Shown in pieces: positions 43,201-55,200 of a DNA stretch of 64,000 bases. This DNA comes from Phoronis australis (taxonomy: Eukaryota > Animalia > Phoronida), in assembly GCA_002633005.1 (NCBI GenBank), contig NMRA01000566.1:92646-156645 (forward strand). The letters are read 5' to 3'. A model generated the notes under the pieces. That model made no database searches and was not told the DNA's origin. It saw nothing but the letters and a program-made list of their open reading frames with translations. A program made the position numbers and the translations under genes. Position 1 is the first letter of the stretch. The number at the start of each line of letters is the position of its first letter.

Positions 43201-46200
43201 AAAATAATTTTCAGTTAACTTAAGAACACACTTTGCATTATTTTCACTAATTCATAGCAGAGAATTCATAAAATGCGAGACTTTGCTAGTAAAAATATGA
43301 ATGTATCACAAAGTACAGTCCTGCATGTATTTGCATTTTTATTAGTAATTTACAAAAAAGGACATTGCCCTTGAATAGTGGTGGCCATTTTGTTGGTGCA
43401 TCACAAGATATTCAGATAAATTTGAAAAAATCATATTTAATCCCAGTTATATTAAAATGTTTGATAACATGATGAAAGAGTATCGTCTTGAAATAACTAA
43501 GTTTAAACTAAAGATTGCTATGAGCTCAAATTCCTTTCATAAAGTTATTAACTGAAAAGAACATGGGCGGCACAGCACTGAAAAAAGTGGGGGGCTATAG
43601 ACATTAAACAAAATGCATTCCAGGTACCTCTGTCTGCTTAAAGCTCAGTCCTCTGGACAAGTACATTCCAGACATCTTCATCTCCATAGCTAACATCTCA
43701 GCAACACCTAAAAAGGTCAGACTTGAAAGTTCACTAACCCAAGAGGCCTACATAAACAAGAACTGTTCTAGAATAATTTCTACCAAAGCAACATATACTA
43801 CCACACTTTGCCATTTGAGATGGAGACCGAGTGGTTTCAGCAATCTGCTAAGAGACTGTGACACAATTATTTTGTGAACTGCTCAAGTTGTCAATAAAGG
43901 CCAAAAATCATTTTGTTTTCAATTTATAGTTTTTCTTTGATGTAAGGTTGGGGTTCGGCGAAACCAGTCTTTCACATACATTGGTTACCAATGAACTAAA
44001 AAGCTTGCAGTACTCTTTGTTCACAAATTTCTGAGCAAAGAAAACTTATTGAATTATTTTCTATTATATTTTTGTGCTTTTCTTTTTCAAGATGACTTGC
44101 AAGTCCATGCCAGGGTGAAGGAAACAGTGAGTTTTTGTTCACTGTTTCCCTGGACTGCAACCCTATGTCACAACAATAAAATACATGAAAATTTTTGTAG
44201 TATACTTTAAGATGACAATGTTGAATGCACAAAACACTTTTAGTGAAGACTTTTCTTTTAAACAAAATGTTTTAGTCACACCACGACCACACCACTACCA
44301 CACCACTACCACACCACTACCTATGAAATTAGCTTTACAATGCTCAATGCTAACTGAACACAATAACTTGGTCAAAGTGGGTGACAACATTTATCTGTTG
44401 GAAGCAGTATGTTCTGCTTTATCCAAGTCAACTCTGAAAGAGTCATTTATGTCTTTTGTAATGGAAGACGTTACGTTGGAAAGCAATAGGAAGGACTTCG
44501 GTTATGTGTTGCAACAACAGATGGTACTAGGTGTGTCACTAAGAGAGGGCGCTGTCACTCCACCAAAAAAGATCTGACCAAACACCAAAGACACTTCAAC
44601 AGGCCATCAGAGACATGACGAAGAGTGCAGACCCAGAGTCAAACTTAGTGAAAGCACCATCTGAAAATATGACTGAGTAACAAATCAAAATTCTGGTGAA
44701 TGGTGTTCATAGTATGTATTAAATTGTTTATTCTCTTTATCTCTCAAAATTGACTTAGAAATTGAACTTACCAAGCCCTTTTCTGTGCACAGACTCCAGA
44801 AAGTTTGCAAATGTTTTGAATGGTGCACCATCACCCCACAGACCCAAGCGCTCCATGAATGCCTAAAAATGTGTCAATAAAGGTCAGAGGTCCTTCAGGA
44901 GATTCAAGTATGGCATACCTTATAGCTTATAGTTTGAAATCACAGGGAAAAGCTCACAAATGACACTTAAAAAAAAAAAGATCCTCAAGCTACTTTCCAT
45001 AGCCAAAATTGTGGCAACACTCGTAAACATGCATGATCTAACCATTATTGCCATTTTCATGCCATGGTGCATTTGGCCAGCTTTTCACACAAAACGTGTT
45101 TTGGTCAAGATAGACCAGCCTGAAAATCCTCCCCTCCTTTTCAGGTCGGTCAAAATTCCTAGGTAAGCCACATGCCTTTATATGGCCGGTAACATGCGAT
45201 TTCACACTAATACACATTAGCTGATGGCATTAAAATAAGAGTTGCTTAACGAAACAACACGTCTGTTTTCACTTTTTCACTCTTCTGGTGGATTTAAACT
45301 AATATAAAAATAAAAATCTTGTTATAATTTTGACCTTTGTACGTACTATCTAAATACAGGTGAAGTTTTAACTGAGGTCACTTCGGTCAGATCAGCCGAG
45401 TTTGAAGTAACTTTTAGTAATACTATGCGGTTAAGCGGTTTCCTTTGTTTTGAATTTTATATCCGTTAAGAATTTAATTTACACTTATTTCAAAGTAAAT
45501 AAACAGAAATTAGCGTGGAATATCAGTAAAAACCCGAGTAAAAATTCCAGAGAAAGTAACAAATTTCACGAATTTATGAATCCGCAACAGTGTAATTTGC
45601 GTAGTGCCATAGTATTCTAAGTAATCCCTTCTCATGGGTGTCGTGAGCACATGTATGAACTGTAAAGTTTCATGATCGTTTTTTGCCTTTTCAAAATGAG
45701 GTGCGCTGGGTGACTGTGTTCATGCACATAGTTACATTTTTGTCGTAAAAGCGAAAATCCCGACAAATCAATGTTAATTTCAAGAGTTGATGATTTTTGT
45801 CAGAAGTCATGGCGAATATATGGAAGGAACTTGAACAAAAAATTACACTAAAATTGTTGCAAAAAAAATCACCGAAAGTTTTTGCTTCAAAGTTCCATCT
45901 ATTTTCCACAAGAATTACCGTGAACTTTTTAAGACCACCACATTATGATCAATGCTGAACGGCGGTTCGACCGCGACATAGATATTTGGTGGTTATACCA
46001 TCCACAAACACTCATGTGTTACAAGTTCTGTATCCGTGTTCGTTAATAATGAATTGTAGAAAGAGTATACTGGAGTGATGAAAAGTTATAAACGACAGGT
46101 ACGTTATAATACAACTCAATTGTGCTTTTCCTGAACCTTCTATAATTCTGTATGTATTGGTTTAACTAAACTGACTTGTCGAAAAAGTTCTGTACTGTAT

Positions 46201-49200
46201 AAACTTAATGCCGCTGAAAAAAGTTTCATATACGAATGTTGACGTTCAAGGCATCTCACCATTCACTTAAAAGTAGTTCCATTGCCAGACCAGGCGTAAT
46301 TATCATGTTTATTGTCTGTACAGACGAGTGGGTAATGAACTATTGAAATCGCTGTTAAAAGCGTGACTGTCAAGTTTAACGTCCCCGTAACCCCTGAGAT
46401 TCTATCACGATCATTTCACGTTATGAGTCACAAACCAACATTAATCTATAGATCCTAACCATTTCACTATCAACACCAATTGTGAGGTAAGCCTCTCATG
46501 GGGGTTCATACACAATGCACAGACAAGAACCAAACAAACAACTCAGGTTACAGGAGACAACTGACTTCTCTACAGAAAAAGGATTGTTAAGAACGGTGAT
46601 TTTGGGAATGTTCCGAATTCCAACTATTTCGTTTTTCTCAAATGTGAAATCCACCAAGCAAGTACTTTGAAGCTCTAACAAATAGCTGAAATGTTCCAAA
46701 ATCCTCAACTTTCCCCTTAAAAACACAGAAATTTGGATTAATTTCAGACACATGCCCCTTTCAGACAGAACATTGAATTTGTTATTAATTCTTCTTTTGC
46801 AATCCAGCCAATGTTTCAAATAAATTCCACCTGAAATTTGTCACTCACCATGTTTTTAACATCTGTAACGCCAGTTGCACTGCAGTATACCACACGCGCT
46901 TTGGGCAATATCCTGGAAAAACAATGAGATATTGGTGACCAACACTCCAGAGCCTCGTAAACAACATTCATTTTCAAAAATTCACAATTTTAAGGCTCTT
47001 AAATGCCATAAGAATATTTTTTACAAAAGAGAACAAAGGGCATACAAAGATATGCTCAGAACCAGAGTTAAAAAACTTGTAAAGAAATAGCTTTCAGGTG
47101 CAAAACATAAAGTCTGAACATCACTCATTACCTCAACCGGGTGAGAACTTGTTTTGAACCCAGCGCAGAGATAAAGCAAGTACATGCTTGAATACAAGAC
47201 TAGAAAAAGTAAAATATGAGTGGGAAATTGAACTCACTCATATTATTCCAACAGGCGTAGAACCAACATCCAGCAATTTTTCATGTTGTTTTTGTTATCA
47301 CTTTTTACAAAACTAGAGCAAATTTGGAAATACGAGTTCAGAATATGTCGTAACTCATATTATCATGCTGGCATTTTCGAGTGTTAGAATGACAACCCAT
47401 GCTATGGGGGTGATCATTTAATGAAAACGAGGCTTACCTTTGAATATTGGACACAGCCAGGGCAACTTTAGTGCTCGCTTGCTCTTTGCCCTAGAACACA
47501 AATACCATGATTTACATTACCATAAATTAAAAACATAAGAGAGGAGCGGTTATTTAGGCCAGTGTCTTGAAACATTGACCTGGGCCCAAGATCAAATCTC
47601 TATACTCAACAACTGACCAACTGACCACTGCCATGGCATGCTCGTCTTACAAAATGTACAGAAAATTATGCAGCGATTCCAAAGAGGGCAATGCCAGATG
47701 ACCTTTGTGACAAACTTGACAAAAAAGTTTTTAAAATAATCCATAAGTCAAAATTCGGCATATTTTCGATGCACAAACAGCAAAATAAATAATTATTCAT
47801 TCCTTTTCTACCAGAACCCACTTCAAGTTCAGCTAAATCTCTACTATATTTCGACACACTTAGTCAAAATCATCATTGGCAACTTACCTTAAAAGTCTAT
47901 TGGCCACAAACAATTAAAGGCAAGGCACAATATCAATCTGAACTCAGTCACTGAAATTTGGAATAAGAGCCATTCTATTCCAAAAAAAGTTCAACTAAAA
48001 TGCAAGAGACGTTTGTCCAAGCATGGCAGAAATTGGCAGAATTCTGGCGAAGTTTTTCCTGTTTATTTTGAAAAACTACAATTCAGATGTCTGATAAAAC
48101 CAAAAACATTTTGATCATTCACTTTCTTCAGCCTCAAAGACATTGTACAAGAAAATGGATCTTAACACCATAATTTGTGCTGCACATCAGAACAACCCAA
48201 CAAACATTGTTCTCTATTAGCCATGAATCCATTGTTAAGAACCTGTGTTCTGCAATTTAACAGCCATCACCTTCAAATGTGGTCTCCTATATTTACAAGA
48301 GGAATAACCTTACTATGGGAATCTGACTGACCCCGAGACAAAACCACAGTGGGGTCACTGTAACAGATTAGCACTATAATGCTCAACTACAATTAAATGT
48401 AACTTGACATCAAATAATATTCGTGTAACTTTAACACATTGTGAAAGTGTGACTATTGGAACAGTGTAATACCGGAACAAAGTTTTTGGCCTTGTGACAT
48501 TCGTCGAAGACTAGACATCCATCGAACTCCGAGCCGCCACACCAATTGACGAGCTGTTGCAGTCGGCTTGTTTTGGCGCCACCTAGAGGACCACCGCGTT
48601 GCACAGATGATACGAGGGTAGCATAAGTGTTAAATAAAACACCTTCCTTGAAATCTGAGGGCAATCCAAACACCCTACAATGCAAGCCAAATGCAACGTC
48701 TGGTAAACTTACTTGCAACAATATTTTCAATACTTTGATATTTACTGATGTACCAAATACCGCTCTCTCTGTGATTTTGTCCTATTTACCCACAATGCTG
48801 AAGCCACAAGACACCGTGTGCACAGCTCCCATGCTAATTCCAATTTCACAACAAAATGATCGTATTTAACATTTCAATAGTTGTGATGACGCTTTGCAAG
48901 TTTCTGCTGCAATGCTGACACTGCAAACTGCAGGCTGAGTAAGTCGCGATTCACTTCATACTAACTTGTCTATCGCAGGACAGCAGTGTTCAGCAGCCTA
49001 ACCTTTGGAAGACTTGCTTAGTCATACAAAGTGTTTTTTTTCTACCTCCGCACAAAAGAGTTGAATAGAAGAGGTAGCTTTTAAAGGGACTTCATCACCA
49101 AGAAAATTGATTTACTGAGATTTGATTCAATCTTTGTGATGCAAAGTAGTCCACGACACAGTTTAGCTACTAGGAAGATGCTATCTTCTGTCATAATTCC

Positions 49201-52200
49201 AATAACTTGTATAAAGAACATGATTCTTGATTACTTAGTTTCTTTGTCCAACTGCTGGCATCCCTCTATCACTTTAATGTGACAGCCCAGGTCTGCTAGG
49301 TCCCTGGAATGTAAAATTGCAATAAATTATGAAGAAAAACTATTTACAAATCAGAAAAGGGAAAATTGTTTACTATCGCTATAGCCAAAAGAACGAAACA
49401 ATGCGTTTCCTAAATAACAAATACGAAAAAGTCAGATGGACATTTTGGTGTATGTGTAAGGCCAACATACTGTCAAGAGGTGACATGATTCTATCCAGGT
49501 TGCGTTAAACATAAACACTAACCTTGAAAACCTTTGACTGGTTACGCAAGTCATTATCAATTCATAAAATTAGGAAATTTTGTTAAGATTCAACATCAAT
49601 CATTGGGCCATGATACCTGACTTGAAAAACAATGAATTTTGCAAAACAGCCATTAAAAAAGCAGACTTTTTGTGTACTTTTTAGTGTAAACATCTTAGTT
49701 TCTAACCTCCGAGCATCAACAATGAGATCTGAAGAAATGCTAAACCAGATGTGCTTTGTTCGTTTTCGAGCGAAGTTGTCGAGTATTATGCCAGCAATCT
49801 GTCTGCCCTTGCCGACTCCGGCTCCATCGCCGAGGAAAAAACCCGCGCGAGTGTTGTTGGGCAGTATAGTCTGGTGGCGCTGACACTGGGAATTACAGAG
49901 ACGTGATGAGAAATAAGGAAGTGAACAAGAGGATGTGGAGACTGATGATCTTCATTGGCAAAATAAAAACATTGCATCAGATGAGAATTGTGTACTTACC
50001 ATTTCATTTTTGCTCTCACTCCAAAAATTCTACTGGACAGTGCATAGAATAGAATTTTGTAAGAAACTTAATAGCATGTTCCTTGAATAGCATAATTTAC
50101 TGTTTTGTGTGATGTAAAAACAAAATGCATTTCTCTTTCTCAGAAACGGACCACAATGCAACTATTTTAACATTAAGTTTTAAAAAAACTGAAAGTGTAG
50201 ATAACCTAATCTTTATTCTCTGTCTGGATATCTAGCAGCATAATGCCAGCCCAAAAGCAGAAGTTAAGCAATTAAAACATCAGTGCCGCAATGCAAATAG
50301 AAGATAACACTGCCAACGTAACTAAAACAGCTGGCTAAAATAAATCAAAGCATTGACAAAATTATTCTCAGTAAAGGTCCCTGATGTCTAAGCATTTAGT
50401 CTTTCATCGGTTTTAAAACTGCTCATTTCTGCTAACAAATAAGTACGAAATGATACATTAAATAATGACCAACTGATAACATAGTGTGCAAGCAACAATC
50501 ACCGAATGTAAGCACGCAAATATGCAATTTTTGTGATAAGAACTTACGGCATACAACACACCCTGTAGCTGAAGTCCACTGAGTTTCCCCGAGGTGACAA
50601 TCTCTGTTGGTAGGGCACTGGCCAAATTGTAGGTGGGGTCAGGTAAGGACAGGTGCTGGGTAGAGTTGAGAAACAAAATAAAGATAAATCTTAGAAATTT
50701 GCTTCGGTTCTTTTGATAAGCCACTCATAATTTTAGCATCAGCATAGCAAAAGCCCAAGGGATAGTTATTTCTCGAAGAGTAACTCAGGCAATTTCGTAA
50801 AATGCAGACCCATAATTATCTTAGAGAGGCATTTCCGTGTGTTAATTATTTTTCGACTGGTGTACAGCTATTACTATCCAAGGAACAATAGAACATTGCA
50901 TGGACAGACAGCCAGCAATTGGCTCACATCTCATAGACCAAATACAATGTCCAACTCAATATGCAACAGTCCATCGGTCAATGAGTTTGCTCCACGGAAG
51001 TGAATGCAGAACCAAGATGAGAACATTTTGCTGGGCCATTCACATCATTTTGGTGGGCCATTCACATCATTTTGGTGGGCCATTCACATCATTCTGCTGG
51101 GCCATTCATATCATTCTGCTGGGCCACTCACATTATTCTGCTGGGCCATTCACATCATTCTGTTGGGCCATTCACATCATTCTGCTGTGCCATTCACATC
51201 ATTCTGCTGGGCCATTCACATCATTCTGCTGGGCCATTCACATCATTCTGCTGGGCCATTCATATCATTTTGCTGGGCCATTCACATCACTTTGCTGGGC
51301 CATTCACATGATTTTGCTGGGCCATTCACGTCATTTTGCATCGTTTCATTGATACCAGATAGAAGCCAATGGAACAATAATCAACAGAAAAATGTCTGTC
51401 CAAGATAATCTGGCATCTTTATTTTTACTCAAGGTAACACCAAAAATGGTTACTTTCCCCTATAAAGTCACAAAACACCTGAGACAATAAAACAATAGAT
51501 ACTACCTAGAGTTCAAGCAGGAAACCAGGCTATACCACAACCTGCGAAAACATGACTGTTTCTGCTTTGCAAAAGTTGGCAAAATCACTGACAAGCTTGA
51601 ACTGAATGCCAAAAGGTAGCAAATTAATTAAAATCAGGACACCACCCCCAACTTCAAGGCAGATATAGGTTTGTGACAGTGGTAAATATTAAGTAGGCTG
51701 ATTAAAAGGTATTTAAAAACTTGATATCGGGAATGGACAAGACTGGTTTGCCTTAGTGTGTAGTAAATGTATGAACTGTTTGTATAGGCAATAGTACATG
51801 AAGCATGAAGGGCAGTGCAATGTAAGGGGTCATTATGACACAACCACCCATCAATTTGCAAACAGTGAGTGGTGAACACGCATTAATGTTTTAACAAAGA
51901 CACTAAGTAGATAAACTAGATAACCTTGACCTGAAGCTGAGTATTTAACAAAACATGACTGTTGAAAAGAAAACTTGCAATTTAAATACTGTTATGCACG
52001 TGTAACAGACTGTCTAGAGATAAGAAACAGAAAAAGCCACGTACTGCTAGACTCCCTGCCTCCACAATATCCGCTGGGTGGGGCTGACAACTGGGTAGGA
52101 TCTCTTGGTGCTCGTAGTGCGAGAAGACTTCGTTGCTGGAAAATACAATACTTTGCAACACTACAAAATCAGGGTTTCAATCAATGAAATTCAATGCAAT

Positions 52201-55200
52201 CGGTGAATACATTACAAGCACCTTTAATTAAATGAATACTCCAAATGACAGTAGATTTCACATGCCGATATTAATCTGGTGTACTGTAAAGCTTTCCCAT
52301 CTTTTGACCTGCACCAAACACAAGGATGCTCTAGCCCAATAGTATCATTCTACCACGCTTCAAAGAGTCACTAGTGAACTCATTGCTGATGTGATAATTG
52401 TTACACTTCACATAACAGAAACTTAGAAAAGCCCATTTGATAACGATTGGCGCTCCAGGTTCTCGTATCTATCGACAAAGTTCAAGGTACACTTGAATGG
52501 GAAGGGTTCCTAATGAAGTTGCTCCTACAGCATTGCTATCTACTGCTAACATTACCTACAACACAACAGAGCACAACAGACATCAGAGTCAATATGTGCC
52601 AAAACAATCAGACATTAAAATTTCCCATAATTCCCTGTCATGACAGCAAAGTGAAAGCATGATTTACCATAACAGTAGTAGCCATCTGTCAAGACCGGGA
52701 ACCATGGGGAATTTATTTGAAAGCTGGCTAGCATGGGAGGAACACCAGGATAATTTCATTCCGAATAACAAGCCATGTCTGATCACAGCCCGCATTTAAT
52801 TTTTGATGAGAGTGAATTTAGCTGTTAAGACAGGAAACGGTATTCCCCCTATACAACACTCCACGGAGAAGCTCAGCAACTCACCTGACGTTCTCATGAA
52901 CACCCTCCTGCGCAAGTCGTCCTATTTCGTCATCCCCACCTCCCTCTGCTCGATCTATCACAACCGTGGGGGTAGTGTGGGCAACCAACTGTTGAAGGTC
53001 TGTGAACAGGGGATGAATGGTGTGAGGAACTGGAACATATCAATGCACTCTCATTAATTTATGAAATGAACATCATTTTATACCAGAAATCTGTCAACAA
53101 CCCAGTTTATGAAACAGTTCACAAAATGGGATCAGTGAGAGTAAGATAAGAATAGCTTAGATCAAGAATTATTGCTTATGAAATTGCTACAAAGAGCTTG
53201 GTTTCACGGCCAGCAGATAATCTTCCGCTTCACTAACAAAGACTGTTCGGGCAATCTCAAGATATTTCTGAGGTCATTTGCTCAGTTCACTATTACTTCA
53301 ATTCAGACATCTTTCATTTTCGATTGTTGACATTTATGCATCGTTAGTAGGGGCCAGGACTTGTGCACCACTGCATACCGGTATGTGATTTTCCTGTTTT
53401 GGTCACTTCATATCCCATTTGGCAACCTAGGAATTTTGCAAGATTGCATTTGGCAAGTGGATGTTATGTTAAGTGTCGAGCCTAGCTATGGCATATAAAA
53501 TCACAATTATAGAACTTTCTGTTGGACAACTTGATAAACACTCACTCGTAATGTCTGTACAATTTCTGATCGGAACAAAGGAAGATCAGAAACTGGACAG
53601 AGAGTATGAACAAGTGTATATCAAGCTGCCCAACAGAAAACATAGTCATGTTTTCAATTAAGTTTGCTTTAATGAAAGGCTGTTACCGAACCATGTTGAG
53701 AACAATATAGTGCACACAATAAGCTACTACTGGCTGAAGACAATGAACAGCAAATAGGAACAAAACTGCCACATTAAAAAGGGCAATATGGTAAATTGCT
53801 GGCCAATTCACAGACGTGTCTAGAATATGACATCACTTAAATCTTTTGTAACAATATTTTGTTCTGTAACCCTTGTCATCTCTCAAAGGATTGCAGAAAG
53901 CTTGAAAATTCCAGACCTTAAATAGCAAATTTGATCAGTATGCTTCTGGCAAGATTAGCGATGCTTGTGAGGAAATAACCTTGCCTTGAACAACAAGGAT
54001 CTACTCTGTAACACAATGAGGAGCCCCCTTGAGGTAAAGGTCTAAACTGAGCAAGTCCCTCATTTTGTCACATTTGGATCCCTTGTTGTCTGAGGTGAGT
54101 CTATGTCCTAACAAGTGCGGACAGCTCATATGACAACTTTGTAGTGTGATAAACTGTTTCAAACTTGTTCTTTTCATTTGAGGTTGTAAAATTTTAGCCC
54201 CCAAAAATACATGAAGGCTTGTTTCAAGCATGTAATATGGAGTGATTAAAGTTAATGCTATAGAAAGCTGTACATATCGAGTCACTTTTGGTTTTTTATG
54301 AATTATGGTGCCTTGTTCGTGGCATGGGCATTTTTAGCAGAAAGTCATCGGGAAATCGCATCATCATCAGAAAAAAATCAAACCTTGACTATAGTCACTC
54401 CTTACCAAGAACAAAATATTCAACACTTCAAAATTAATATACTTGTTCTAAATTTTCATACTGTATTTCTATACTCACCCAATTATATTTGAAATTGTCA
54501 AGACATGGAAAAGTATAACATCAAGACAATCACTCCCTGACTTGCTGAAATTTTTTGAAAGCCATATATATTCAGCATAAATTCAAGCAGAGCTGGAATG
54601 AGTGAATGTGAGAGTGGACGTGTTCTTTTTTTTCTTTCTATTGTTTTCCAATCTGTTTATTTCTTTAAACATATTTTTTTTAAATCAAGAAAAAAGCAAA
54701 CTCTCATCATGGTAACAATTCCTGGCTACTCATACCTCCTGAACTTGAAGCTTGGTCACCAAGTAGATGTCGCACCAACTCCTTGCGGCTTGTCGTACTA
54801 GTTTCCATTTTGACTTTTGCTACAAGAAACCAATTTCGTTCGTTGAAGTTTTTTGTATGCTGGAGTTTGGAATAGAATTACAAAGAAGTTCAAATTTGGG
54901 CAGACATGATCATGTGTGGTTCACAGCAACTGGAAAGCAAGACTACAACCACATACAGCTCAACAAACAGTATGGCGGTAGGTGACCAGATTATTTGGCA
55001 ATCGCGGCAAAATCCCAAAAGCCAAATACATTCATACTCTCCATCATACTATTTGATGCTGTCTTTAACTATCAAGTGACTGTGCTACCATTCTGCAGTT
55101 AGTAATATGGTGTGTACATAGCACACCATAGATTACATAGTGAATTGACAGTGCAGAACAGACAAAGTATACCGACTCAGTCATACTTCAAATTACACTG

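Noticed and set aside
50900-51408. Three overlapping ORFs with repeating His/Trp peptides, and a superficially CRISPR-like repeat
   Set aside because: Product of a spacerless 22-bp minisatellite in a eukaryotic intron; no unique spacers and no cas genes.
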